Assembly (NCBI GenBank): GCA_013265495.1
Contig: MU058444.1
Coordinates: 1,302,001-1,366,000 of the forward strand
Direction: 5' to 3'
Origin: Vicugna vicugna
Taxonomy: Eukaryota
DNA length: 64,000 bases
Position numbers and translations under genes: made by a program. Shown here piece after piece: positions 24,295 to 37,671 of the stretch. The notes beneath the pieces are model-generated. The model saw only the letters and a list, made by a program, of their open reading frames with translations, was not told the origin of the DNA and did no database searches. Position 1 is the first letter of the stretch, and each line of letters opens with the position of its first letter.

Positions 24295-24500
24295 CATCAC
24301 GTGCTGTGTATGTGGCCGCCAAGGCGACCTGCCATCCAGTTCCTCCCGCCCGGAAATCTGGAGCCCCAGCGGCTGGAAGCGCTGTTGGCAGGACGCGGGC
24401 AGCTGGCCGCCGGGTGGGCCGCGGGCATCCGCGCCCTCCCCACGGCAGCTCTGCCCAGGGATTGATGGGGCGCAGGTAAGAAGACTTGGCCAGTCCGTCC
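24295..24500. promoter_or_regulatory. Small orphan CpG-rich promoter-like patch
   Basis: Local CpG cluster with E-box CACGTG (24298-24303), GC box CCCGCCC (24345-24351) and ETS-like CCGGAA (24350-24355). Splice donors on both strands: minus CAG|GTCGCC at 24329, plus CAG|GTAAGA at 24475. Confidence 0.65.
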
Positions 24501-25161
24501 GAGATGGGCCAGCGCTGACTAGTCACATTAGCCCCAGAGGCTCCAGTGGGGCTTGCCCTGGAGCTTGACTGCTGTCTCTTCTCAGTCCTGCCCCCTCCCC
24601 TCCTCGCCCCTCCCCAGACGCTGATTCCAAGATGACTTAGGCGCTAAGCTCCATTTCAGAATCTGCTGCTCAGAGCCCCCAGCCTGGAACGTTATCTCTG
24701 CGTCCTAAGGAAACACGTCTGTGTACGGTACCCACTTCCAATGACCTTCCCCAGTGTTTCAGTGAACATCCTTGTGCATGTGTTTGTAGGTATTGATAGT
24801 GAAAATTCCTTCCCAAATGGATATGATTGTTTTTAATTGGATGGCTAATTTTGCTTCAGTTTGGAATCCCAGTCTATCCTGAAGACTTATGATCCTACTT
24901 TGATTTACAAAAGTCACTGTGGCTCTCTATTGTAAATCTCCCCACCAACTCTACCAGTAAACCTTTCAAGATTAATGATCTCCTTATCTCTTCTCTACAG
25001 TGCCAGTTTCTGCAGTTGTCTTCACTGGAGCAATTCTCTGAATCATCTGCCCAAGTCGCTGACTTAGAAATTTGTTCCAAATGTTATACTATTGTTTCTT
25101 TTTTTTCCCAGAAATCATTCGTAAGTGTTATATAAACTTTGGAATTATGTTTATTTACGTA

Positions 25162-25435
25162 TTTTTAAATGGAAACAGAGTCAGTTTACAATGTTGTGTT
25201 AATTTCTGGTGTACAGCATGGTGATTCATTATATATGAGCAGATATATATGTATCTTTTTATATTCTTTTCATTTATAGGCTATTGCAAGAGATTGAATA
25301 TAATTCCTTGTGCTAAACAGTAGGACCTTGTTGTTTATTTTATATATAGTAGTGTGTATCTGCAATTCCCAAACTCCCAGTTTATCCCGCCAGGCCCCCA
25401 AACTTAGGATTATGTTTTCATCAATATCATATGTG
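25162..25435 (-). mobile_element. L1 3' end (cetartiodactyl-type)
   Basis: tttacaatgttgtgttaatttctggtgtacagca...taggaccttgttgtttattttatatatagtagtgtgtatctg. Confidence 0.9.
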
Positions 25436-26159
25436 CTTTGCAGTTTTCCTCCAGAAAAATAATAATGCAGTATCACTTTTAATCTTTACTTTTTTAAAAG
25501 AGATGAAATAGCATAAGTTCTTTAATTTATAATTTTCTTATTAGGTAGACTGAAAAGGTCCCAGTTTTCGATGGGCTTGTCACCCTGTACAAAGATCACT
25601 TTTTACATGCTTCTGGGACTGCCTCTTGGGTATTCCATTGCTCTGTAAGGCCTCTGCTTCATGGTGAGCTAAGACAACAGTAAAGGAAATAAGAAATGAG
25701 AATTCAAGCTACTGAATGAAGTTCATCTCTCTATATAAAAGCTTTGGTTGAAGGATATTACAACTAGAAAAAAATAGAATATTTGAGCTATCTGGGTGGT
25801 TTTTTTTAATACAAGTATCTCCTATCACTGGGACAAATAACCCATAAAGGTTGTGCAGAAAAAGATCTTTTTTATATTTTCTATCTCCAATGGACCACCT
25901 TACATTTAGAAAAAGAAACTAAGAACCATGATTTGTCACAATCAGTTAGGGACAGAGTCAAGTTTGAACCCCAATATCTTGATTCCTGGTCCAATGTTCT
26001 TTTATTAGTCAATCTGTGTTTCATGGACTATCTAATTACAATTTCGTCTTCTGCACTGTATAAACTAAGAGTTAAGCAAATTTTTCTAAGAATTTTTTGG
26101 CAGGTACCCTAGAAAAAAAATTTTATAAAAGGCTGATTTATATTTCTGCATCAAATTAA

Positions 26160-26560
26160 CAAGACAGCTCAGCCAACTGGAGACAAGGCAAAGCCCGTTC
26201 CGGACCAGAGCTCCCTGCAGGGTTGACTGTGACTGTCAAAGGAGTCCTGGCTTTTCCCTCTGTTCAGTCCTGTATTTATCTCTTCCCTTTTCTATGCGTT
26301 CATCCCAAGAGCACTCTTTTTTTTTTCCTTAGATAATTTTTTTTTTTTGCTTGTTTGTTTTGGTTGAGGGGGCAGTGTACTTAGAGTTATTTATTTACTT
26401 TGAATGGAGGTACTGGGGATTGAACCCAGGACCTCGTGCACGCTAGGCAGGGACTCTTCCACCAAGATATACCCTCCCCAGCCTGGAGGGCTCTTAACAA
26501 ACATCCTGCAGCTAAACTCCGCCTCAAAACTCTGTGGCTTTCAAAACCCAACCTGCAAGA
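26160..26560 (+). mobile_element. ERVL LTR16-like LTR interrupted by a SINE
   Basis: cccaagagcactc [SINE] ttaacaaacatcctgcagctaaactcc...aacccaacctgcaaga. Confidence 0.7.
26316..26480 (-). mobile_element. tRNA-Ala-derived SINE (Vic-1 type)
   Basis: atggaggtactggggattgaacccaggacctcgtgcacgctaggca...ataccctcccc with a T-rich tail. Confidence 0.9.
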
Positions 26561-27690
26561 GAGAAGATTCTTTGAAATCTGGTCCTCTCTCTGCCAATCA
26601 ATCTTTGTGAGCTGAAGAGAGAAGTCTTCCTGCCCCCTCCAATTCTGACTTCCCCTTTCACATGCAAAACAATATTTTGAAAAACGCTCTTGCTCTTTTA
26701 ATGCAGTCCCTCTGCCTGCCAGACCAGGATCCCTTCCTATCTTCTTAGTACACATTCCTTTACTTCTCATTTTGATAAACAGCTAGGGTGTAAATCATGG
26801 CAGCCCCCCCGGTTTTCTCAGTTATTACCCAGAGTTGGTCCTCCTCGAAGCCATTTCCTTGGTCAACTAGAAATCTACTGCTACCACTTAGCTTCTGACC
26901 TTCCTTCAAAAATCTTATCGTGTGTCTTTTAATACCTCCTCCTTGGGCTCCCATTAATATATAGTCACATCCATCATCTTTACAGACAGTCAGTGCCCTG
27001 CACTTGTCTCTGCCAGAGATAAATTCTAAGTTTACTGGTGAATAAGTCAGTGGCTCCAGAAAATGTGTGGGTGTTTCATTTCTTCCTCGCCCTGCCCCAG
27101 ATCGAAATGCTGAGAACGTTTCTGTATTTCTGCTAGAGAATCAGATAATTTAAACAAAGCTACTGAGAGTGGAGAAGAAGTCAGAGGAACACTGAGCTGA
27201 CTCCAATCCAAAGTTGTTCCCTCGGGCAGCCAAGAACACCAGTCAGAAAAAATCGCATCAAAAGAAAGAGGCGGGAAAAAAGCCTAATTCATTCCGGGAA
27301 GATAACTCCTCTTTTCTTATCTTTTTTTTTTTCATCCAATGCATATGTGAAAATTAAAGAAAAATAACTGTCTTCTTTCTAGTCTCACCTAAAATAATTT
27401 CTGAAACCCACACTGTGGAAACCCTAGAGTATTATAAATCTGCTAGAACAACAATTTTTAAAGTTGCACAGAAGTGTATTGAAAAGCACTAGTGTTTCTG
27501 TTTTAGTGGACAAAAAGATGTTGCTTTCTATGTATATATTACTAAATCCTCATATGACATGAATAAATCCAATTTTTCCAAAATATACACATTTTCTCCA
27601 TGCTGCTCTTCCATTTAATAGTATATACAGCCTCATATGTGGACACAGGCAGATGTATTACACAAATGGATTTCATTTAAAATGATCATA

Positions 27691-28060
27691 TGCTGCGGAC
27701 CGAACTGTTTCACCTCAAAATTCATATGTTGAAGCCTTAAACCTCAAAGGGAGGGTATTTGCTGATGGGACTCTTGGAAAGTAATTAGGTCATGAGATTG
27801 GAACCTCATGTGGATCCTTCCAGATGATATGGGTGTCCTTATAAGAAGAGACACAAGCTGTCTCTCTCTCTCCTCCTCCTTCCCCACCATATACAGAGAA
27901 CACGGTGAGGAGGTAGCTGTCTGTAAACCAGGAAAAGGGCCTTCAACTCTGCTGCCACTTTGACCTTGGACGTCCCAACCTCCAGAACTGTGAGAAATAA
28001 ATGTCTGCTGGTTAGCCACCCAGTATGATAATTTTATTATAGCAGCCTGAACTAAGACAC
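27691..28060 (+). mobile_element. MaLR LTR (MLT1A-like)
   Basis: caaaattcatatgttgaagcc...gtccttataagaagagacac...cctccagaactgtgagaaataaatgtctg...ttatagcagcctgaactaagaca. Confidence 0.9.
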
Positions 28061-28199
28061 CGTAATTTTAAAGAACATTTATACTATGAACTAATTCTAA
28101 TCACATGCACATGAAGAATCTGTCTAGTTTATTAAAGTTGTGTTTAACTTCTTTCTTCTGATTAACTGACTATACTTCAATTAAAAAAAATAAATAAAA

Positions 28200-28540
28200 G
28201 CAGATGCTTTAAAACCACTTGTGCCCTGGGGCACATCCTCTTGCATCGGCAGTCCTGAGCCCACCCTGTGAACAAACGCAACTGGCCTGCGGGAAGATGA
28301 GAGGGAGAAGACAGAGGTGCTCAGCCAGCCGCCTACCAGCCACCACACACGGCGCGCTAAGTCATCCAGCTGCCAGCCAGTGCAGCAGCTAATCATAACG
28401 GCACGAGCCAGCTCAGAGAGGTCAGCTGGGCCAGTCTAGACTCCGCCTGAACCACAGAATCATGAGCTCCACACAGGCTCATGATTTTAAGCTCCTTGTT
28501 TTTGAGATTGATTCATTTCACAGCAAAAACTAACTAGTAT
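28200..28540 (+). mobile_element. MaLR LTR fragment (MLT1H/I-like)
   Basis: ccacagaatcatgagc...ttttaagc...cacagcaaaaactaactagtata. Confidence 0.65.
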
Positions 28541-28699
28541 ATTAACTGATCAATCTATTATAATACCTACTTTGGAATAAGACTCATCTTTGAACATGGA
28601 AATTCCTACTAACTTTATAGGACCTGATTCATAACTAGGGGGGAGAAGAGTCAAGAACAATCTTAATTCACATATGAAAAAAGCACTTAGAAAACTGAG

Positions 28700-29720
28700 A
28701 CCAAAACGGATTTTTTTTTAAATGGTTTTAAGGAGGAAAACACAAAACCAGTAAAGAGGAAAGATTAAAACCTTTTGGAGACATGAGAGATGCTATTTCA
28801 CTACATAATAAGAAGATATAATTGTAGAAACAGAATCTTTAAGGAAAATAAAGTGCTATTGGAAATTTAAAATATGGTAACAGAAATGGAAAACTGAATA
28901 GAAACATTATAAGATACAACTGAGAAAATCCTCCAGAAGAAAAATCAGTAAGACGGAGCGAAAAACATAGACAGGAAAGGATAACAAAATTGGAGGATCC
29001 ATTGAAGAATCAATTATCAATAATAGACATTTAAGTAAGAGAGAGTAGAAACAACAGAGAAGTGTTCAAATAAGTAACTCCAAAATTTTTTTTAGAAATT
29101 AAGAACATTAACATGTCTTACTGCACAGTAGTTTAAAAAAGACTGACAGAGGGTATATTATTTTGAAACCTTAAAAGTTGACAGAGAGGAGAGGAAGGGG
29201 AAAAAATGTTCATATGCAAATTATTGGGAATAAGAATGTTACAGGACTGCTAAATAAGTAACTTTTATTTACCTTTTTATTAATTTTAGTAACAAAACTA
29301 ACTTTTTAGTGTATTGGAGATTAAAAAGCTGAAAACCATCGGAAGTTTAAAAGCACTGAAAGCTACATGCGTTTAAAATGCTGAAGGGCAATAATTCTCT
29401 CCCAGAGTCATACACCCCAGGAGTCTGTATCACGTGGGAGGAGCTAATGGTATTCTCAGGCGCCCAAGGTTTTGAAGTTTTTACTTCTCACTCCACTTTT
29501 GTCAGGAAGTTACCAGAGGAGGTGTTTCCTCCAAAGAGACGATAAAACCAGAAAAAGGGAGAACATGGGTTCCAGGAACAATGGATCTATTACAGGATGA
29601 TGGAGACCATCGGCAGCCTCCAGAGCAAGCCAGCAACGCGGAGGTGGGAGGACGGAGACTCAAAGAGGGATGTCACGGAGAAGACGAACTTGATTGTGTA
29701 CCGGATGCTTTTGGAATACA
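28700..29720 (+). mobile_element. HAL1 / L1 ORF1-derived element
   Basis: A-rich ORF1-like remnant; aaaattggaggatcca and tcaggaagttaccagaggaggtgtttcctccaaa...aacatgggttccaggaaca resemble the recalled HAL1 consensus. Confidence 0.65.
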
Positions 29721-32700
29721 GGGAAGGGGAGGAGAGAGCTTTCATGCCTCCTTCCATGCATTCATGTTTTATGCAGTGGACAACGTGTAGTGCTTGTACG
29801 GAAAATGTTTTGGTCTAGAAGAATTGTGAGTAAATGCATCAAATTCTTATAATAGTATCTCCAAAAACGTGATTTTGCTTTTAAGATAAATTGGAAATAT
29901 TTCTACAGAGTTAATAAGGCAACCAATTCTAATGCCTCTTCACAGATTTCAAATGCAAACCAATACTAAAAGACTGGGGGGTTTCTGTGGGCTATTTAAA
30001 TTTAAATTTGGTCAATTACATGCATTTCATTCTTCCCAAGCCGAGGTGGTAATGAGTACCTTGTAATGAACTATTTATGCCACTTTAGCTCAATTTCCCC
30101 AGGAGAGACATAATACTGTAAAGACACTATGATCAGGGTGGTCTGCCAAAAGCCAAGTTGCTGGGACAGACTGTCTTTCAAAAGTGATGCCATCCCACAG
30201 AGAGCCCACACCTGGCTTTGGTACCCAGGACTCTCACAGCACAGTGCATTTCCCAGTAAGTTCCCTGATTCTAAATGAGAACTAAAAGATGCTATTGTGA
30301 GTGCAATTGTCTTTTAAATTTAAAACCGTAAATTGGAAATAAAATAAAATACTTCTTACGAAAAAAAAAGCAACAATATTGATTTCCTTTGTACCATTAC
30401 TGGGCACCACCTACACAATTCACTCTGGAGTTGAGTCATGTGTTCTGAGTATAATGTGCTAAGTAAAAGAATGCATTTTAAATGCACTAATTAAGTGTGG
30501 TATAATAATGTTTATAGGTACCCCACCATCCTATGCCAGGTGTGATGCTGACAGTGTAGTTTGGAAATCCTGACCAGTAGCAAAGGAAAAGGCAGACCAT
30601 GTCAAGGAAATGTATTCTGCTAGCCTCCTCTGTGCTCTCACACCAGGGACTGAGAATAATCTCCATGAACTCCTGTGTTTCCTAAGCATTGAGGTTTTTC
30701 TTTGTTTTTAACATTTTCCACTGTGGCCACGACTGAAATAGATCAGTACCTCCAGGAGCCCCCAGGTAAAGAAGCAGTGACCTGTCTAACAACATTTGCG
30801 CCAAGATGAAGGTTATTATAGGACACATTTAAAACAAACCAAAAAAAGGCTAGAGGACCATTTTGACTTGCCTCATGTTTCAGTTTTGCAAAAACATACC
30901 ATATGTTGGCAATTCCAAGAAAAGTAAATAAAGTTCTACTCCATCACATCTAAGAATTTTTATAATTGGAGGAAATGGAGAATAACAGGGCTACTCATAA
31001 TAAGCTAAAGTAATCAGGGCATGATGATAGCATTTTTATTAATTAAATGAACATATTTTAACCTGCTTATATTATATACGTAGTTTACTGGTAATTAATA
31101 ATGATTACTATCTCTATTTAAATTTGAAATAAAACTCTATATAATGTATGTAATTTATTAATAACTGAAAATTTATTTTTCTTGTATACAAAATACCAAA
31201 AAAAAAAAAAAAACCACTTGACATTTTGAAGCACCATAGCAGAGTAGGTTTCTTGTTCCACTTTAGATTTTATAATAAAATTCATGTCAGTTTAAGTTTT
31301 TTGTGAGTACTAACCTTTCTTTCTAAGGGATCACTTCATCACATCAATTGAGAGACAATTGTGAACTTTGTACATACTTGCATTATAGCACATATCATGT
31401 CACAGTGGATGCTGAGGTCCTGAGGATAAGAAAAATACGTAACAGGTTCCATGCCTGGTAGGTAATCAATACATTTTGGTTTAGTAAAGGTATATTATGT
31501 TCTTCTCTGGAATCTTCTAGAAATTTCTGGAGAAAAAAATTTCCCTGAATTTTATTGACTGGCTGGGGAAACCACATAGCTCCAAGTGGACCAATGACGA
31601 AACAACATAAAGCAGACAGGCTCTTGACATCTCTAAGAGAGTCACCTAGAGTCCTGTTTGAATCTCCATATTGGCAAGGATTTGCATTTGGTTGGGGGAG
31701 GTGTTGAATTTTATTACTTTACAAAAGACCATGATGTGAGTATAAAACAGAGGACTGAAGCGTTGGCCAGTTTGCTTACTAGTAAAGTGACTCACCAGCC
31801 CACACCAGCCTGGAGCATGTGTGATTCAGATGTATGCTTCAGCAAATTACACGGAAAAATTACATGGACTCCTGTGATCTGGCAAAGGTCAAAACCACTA
31901 ATGGAAATAAAAGAATGTCTAAGGTCTAATATATGGTTGAGTGTGCCCTGGAGTTACAGGAATCAAAAAAAGGGAGTAGTACCAAATGGGCTGGTCAAGT
32001 CACTGATTGCTCATGGAGGAGATGTATTTAACCTCAGAGGAAGGGTGTGTTTCAACAGTCAGAGAATTTCAAGTACATAAAGTAGCAATAATTTACGAAT
32101 GAAGAGTAAAGTGAGAATGGTGACCCTGAAACAATGACGAAACCTAGTGAATGCAGGTCAAAGGGAGATGGATGAAAAGATGGAAAATAGAGGCAGAAAA
32201 CTGTAAAAGAACTATATTATGTAAAAAAAAAATTAAAGTTAATTGGGGAAATTCAACCTTGATACAGCAGGCATTAGGAACAACTTTGGGCTTTTCAGCA
32301 AGATAAAGTGATGCGAGCAGATAGTGTTTTAGAAGGAGTAAGTCAATGTTGGTGAGCAGGGCAGACCAAAGAGATTAAAATTTTACAGCAAGAATAACCA
32401 TTAAAAAGCTCTGAAACGACTAATTAAATGATAGGCGATTAGAAGTGGTTGAGGAATGTATGAACATTAAAGACGTTAAAATTATATTATTGCCAAAACT
32501 TGGTGACTGGATTTGGGGAAGGAGAGATGAGAAAAAAGCCAGCATGTCAAAAAAAAACCATGTTTTTCTTTTAAGCCAGTTTCCTTGGTGTTGGCACTAT
32601 CTTCTGAACAAATCTGCAAATATCAACCTATCTGACTTTGCCTATTGTTTCACCCAGTCTTTCAGCAAACATTCTACTCAAATCAGTTACGTAGTCTCAT

Positions 32701-34884
32701 ATATTATGACTGTCCGCCCTTTCACACTTATTAAAGAATTGTGTTTAATGTTTTTGTCTGTGGTTTGACCATCAGTTATTTCTTTAGCTGAAAGAAGGTG
32801 AAAAGTTTTGTCGAAAATGACACTGAAGCCGCCTTGTCCAAGACAGAAAGCAAAGTTAATGTGTTACGAGAGAGACTCATAGTTTAACAGTGTCCTTGAC
32901 TCAGGGTCTACCAGCAGTTGAGAGGAGGGAGGCCATTAGAGAGATGACAGATGTTAACAAAGTAGATGTAGATTTTGCTGAAAAATGTGTGTGCGTGTAG
33001 GCGCCATGTTTGCTGAAACATCTATTCAGCTGCAACTCCCAGCAAGAGCAAAAGACATGCAACAGAAAGGGAGATCAAAGAGAAGCTTGATGTCTGAATC
33101 CTCCGGATCCCTGAGTACATTTTTGCTACTTGACTTTAGCACGCTTTCTTCAAGACCACTACTGTGAAGCCAGCAGGAATTTAAGACAAAAAAGGAATTG
33201 GAGAAATGACTTGGGACGTCTTAAATCCATGCAGCCAGAAGTGGTAAATGACATCTCTAAGATGACGAATACGCTTCTTCTCAACATTTCTTCAGCCGAA
33301 TGCCTGAGTTAATGAAGGTAAAAATCATCACACCTCTTCCCCAGGTAGATCGATCTGCTGATATTCCAGAGCTTGGCTTGGCGGGGATAATGGGAACCCT
33401 CATGGCACTCTGAGTAAGTTACACCTCCATAGGTGGTAATTTCACATCCATAGTTCATATCCTGGAAGAGGAAGACTCCTTGGAAGATCATTTTAGTCCC
33501 TCGAGTATGTTTACTTCCCTTGCTCACCACCTAATTGGGCCTTTTATGAACATAATCAAACACTGTTTAATGTGAGAGTGGCAAACTCTGCATCCTTTTA
33601 ATCTTAATTTGGCAGTGAGGATTTCTACATATTCTAAAAATAACCGAGCCAATTGGTTTTCTGTTAAGGCACACATAACCTGAGTCTCTAAGCAAGCAAA
33701 TCTTCCGATACAAAAACTCAAACCCTCCCTAAGGGACAGTTGGATGCTCCTATAAACTCCAAAGAAAGCGACCTAGACCAAACACTTAAAACTATGTTGT
33801 CTGCGTGGACAAAATGATCTGATTCTAATACACGTGTCTTCACATCATTCTAGGGATCTGTAACGTGCAGAAAAAAAATTCATGTGACCTGACAACAAAA
33901 ATAGACATGCTGAAGTATATACAGAACCTTTTTTCAAGTCAAATTTCTCTCTGTCCATGTACAAATAGAAAGGCAAACAGACAACTGAGCCCCAGCTTTG
34001 AAGTCACACAAGTAGACAGCTCAGGGGAACACTGACAAGGTGAAGGCCAACCCAGAACTTAGTCTGAAACATCAGAAACACTAGAGACCATTGGAAGTTA
34101 AATGTGATCAAGAGCGGAATGTTACAAGCCCAGCCAAGAGTCTTCAGTGAGGAAAACTCCCTTCGTCTTACTGGAATATACCAGCTGAAGACAAGAAGCT
34201 AAATTTCGTATGTACTTTATTTAATTTTCTGTGGTTGAATTGATGATCACATCAAATTACTAAGATGATGTACCTTCTTCCCAAAATGCACACGTCATCT
34301 GTACAGAGGATCCAGTTTCACTTTTGCTTAAGTTCATAGAGAAGAGGCCTCATTTTGAATTCTTTGCCAGGCACCCACGAGGATTTCTTCTTTACTACAC
34401 CTCCAGGGAAATGGGGAGGGATGGAGTAAAGGGGAGGTCACGTGCTAGGGCAGAAGGTCTGAGTGAAGAATTCTGTGACCCAGCTTTTTTGACCCTAAGC
34501 ACAGAGAAACGGTGACGTGTAACAAGGAGTGTGACCAGAGCAGCAAAGTTGAAGTTTTGGGGAATTGTGGCCAAGAGGACTGAGCACAGAAGCTGCTCTG
34601 GGAATCCAGCTCATTTGCTAGCATCTCTTGACACCCGACCCAGATGTTAGTCAGCTAGCAGTCACCCAGAAGTGCTTCCATGGTGTTCTGAACCCCTGGG
34701 TGGAACCAGACTCCACTCTGAGATGCTGGAACTGTAAATCTCATCACCAAACACAACGCTGGCTTTTAGGAGATGTGTTTCGTCTCCACGACTGCTCAGT
34801 GATGTGACTCAGGATGTCTCAGAACCTCCTCACATACAAATAAAACCGAGACATCTCAAAGGGGAATACAAGTGAGAAGTGATC

Positions 34885-35201
34885 AAAAACACTAATGAGC
34901 TCATCTACAAAACAGAAACAGACTCACAGACATAGTCACCAATCTTATGGTTACCAGGGGAAAGGGGGTGAGAAAGGATAAATTTGAGAGTTTGAGATTT
35001 GCCAATGTTAGCCACTATATATAAAAATGGATTTTGAAAGAAGTTCTGTAGAGCACAGGGAACTACGTTCAATATCTTGTAGTAACCTTTAATGAAAAAG
35101 AAAATGGAAATGAATATGCATATGTATATGCATGACTGGGGCATGATGCTGTGCACCAGAAACTGACAGTGTTAACTGACTGTATTTCAATTAAAAAAAA
35201 A
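34885..35201 (+). mobile_element. L1 3' end (camelid-type)
   Basis: aatgagctcatctacaaaacagaaacagactcacagacatag...atgcatgactgggg...ctgactgtatttcaatt(A)n. Confidence 0.92.
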
Positions 35202-36772
35202 TTCAAAATTAGAAACAGACATTTTGAACATTTCTAAAAGGCTGATGTGTCAATGATATTCTGTAAATACTAGGCATAGTGGACACACAAGTCTTCCAAC
35301 ACAGATCTTGATGCAATTGGGTAGGGATATCAATGGACCTTTGAAGGATGATGTGAATTGGGAATACAATGCACAGGAACGTGTTCTCACTAAGAACAGA
35401 GGGTCGGCGTTTCCTGGCTTTGCCCTTGGTAGCTCCATGGTCTTTCCATCTGTCCTTCTTACTATAAATGCTTTGTTTCCAGTGTTACAGCTGGACTCTT
35501 GGTCTACATCTTTTAAATTCAATTGCTCGTAAGCTAAATAGCTTATGGCTCAGCGTACGGAGTCATATTTCTTAAGTTTTAGCAATGAGTTGTTGCCTGT
35601 GGGGACGTGTTAAACTAACATGTGTGTAATACCCCTCCGGAGAGTTCAAACCAAGGAGGTGCCTTGCATTCACACCCCGTCCCCCATGTATTTTTCTCAT
35701 TACAATCACAGACAAAATAATATCATTTTAAAATCTGTGCAATAGTAAAGAAAGAAAGTGTGGGGACCAAGGTGATGAACTGTTTAACAAATTTAATAAA
35801 AGAAAACAAGAGCTGTAAGAGGAGGAGGATGGAAGAGGGTTGCCGGCACCATTACTCACTTCTGACAGATTCCCTGGAGTCAGGGATGCTGTAAGGAGCT
35901 TCCTACAGGGATATAAACTTTTAAAACCCTGATCCGATTGTCCATCAAAAGTTGAAATAAATGTGATAATGACATTACATCTCCCACAGAAACACATTTG
36001 AAAAGTGACTTTAAAGAACTCAATTGAAAAATAAAAACAGACGTAATTCTCTTTTTAAAATACACATATTCAAGAAATCTCTTCTCTGAACCTCCTGTTG
36101 ATACTCATTAAAATGTTTCAGCTGGAGAACTCATAAACGCCCCTCTGAGTGGAGACCACATCTGACCATCTAGACTCCTGTATCCTTCCTAGAATAATGA
36201 ATGCACAGGGTGAATATTAAAATGACACATCTGTTCCCCTGATCTTTCTTCTAAAATTTGACGTGCAAACGTACATAAATGTACGGCGTAGTTGACAAGA
36301 TTGCCCAGTAGAGAATTAAGACTAAACCATTTGTAACAACAAAGGCTTTGTGAGTCCAAGGCAAAGGACAGTGAGAAGCTTATAGGGAAGGGTACATGGT
36401 AGCTCTCCAAAGCATGATTTATTTTGCCCACAGTACTGCCAAATGTTGAAACTACAAAACTCACCTCAAACATGCTCTTAGTAACTGTGACCCTAGAATT
36501 TGATGCTTAAAACTGACACAATTATGGCAATATTGCAATCTCAATAATTTTGCTCCACTTTTTTTAGGAGTTTAGAGTAGCACAAAATAATATTAGAAAT
36601 TAGAAATAAAAAGTAATTTAGACACAGGAAATTTATCCATTAAGAGTTTATCTATATTTGGCTCTCCAAACTAACTTAAATGACATAGGGCAGTTCAAAA
36701 CTAGAAAAGTAAACCTAGATACAAACAAACAAACCAAATGACAAAGTAAGAAGAAGAAAAATTCAATCTGAA

Positions 36773-36999
36773 CTGAGTCCTGACTATACCACAATGCCAC
36801 TGCCTCTCCCCATCTCATTGTGGTTCCTTCTTTCCTTAGTTCTGGAGCATCTTTTCTGCTAATCTTCATGCCATTCTCATAGATAGTTGATCTGTAAAGA
36901 ATTCTGTAAATAGTAATTTTCTCTGTAAATAGTAATTTTGTTGTGCACCTAGGAGGTGAGATCAGGGTCTTCCCACTCTGCCATTTGGGCCATGTCTTC
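36773..36999 (-). mobile_element. Isolated L1 5' UTR start fragment
   Basis: Reverse strand caaatggcagagtgggaagaccctgatctcacctcct...caactatctatgagaatggcatgaagattagcagaaaaga resembles the cetartiodactyl L1 5' end. Confidence 0.7.
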
Positions 37000-37671
37000 A
37001 ATTCACACTCATTTTTAAGAATGGTATAAATATTTCAAGGATAAAACATGAAAGGAATTGTGAAGCATGCATTCAGTGGAGCTAAAAATGATCTCATAAT
37101 CTTTCCCTACTCCATGTTTTCTTTCAGTTTTCTTTTACCAGTTGTACAAACCAGGTAAATGGAAGATAATGACAACAATGATGAAAATGGAGAAGGAGGA
37201 GAAAAAGAAGAAGAAAGAGAAGAGGAAGAGGAAGAATTTTGCAGGACATCACAAAGGTGAATATGCTCATAGCATATATTCTAGCAACTTCACTCTGGTA
37301 TGTATAAATAGTAAAAAATTATGGCTTGTAGCCATTAAAAAATAAAGCAATTAATAACTTGATTCTAAAGTCAAATGTCAGTAAGCTAAAAAGCAACATG
37401 TATAATAGTTATGTGGATGGCTCCTATGTATTTTTTATAGTTGTATACCATACCTACCTGTATATGTACTGACTATCTTTAGATGGATACATGAAACAGT
37501 AACAGTGGTTACATCTGGGAAGGGGCACTGGAGACTGGAGAGCAAAAAAATGAGAGCAAAACTTACTCTTCAAATAAATAAAGAGATAAATTGCATATAT
37601 GCCTTTGTGAATATACTGTTAAAACTATGTCTATAAAGTAAAATGTCACATTTTAAAACATATTTAAAACA

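Noticed and set aside
30134..30267. Possible short Blackjack-family MITE (cagggtgg...ccctg)
   Set aside because: Too degenerate to support by eye.
33309..33530. ORF with MNYGCEI / CHE..Y.Q resembling HMG-CoA lyase motifs
   Set aside because: Only scattered residues match, spacing is wrong and there is no supporting splice structure.
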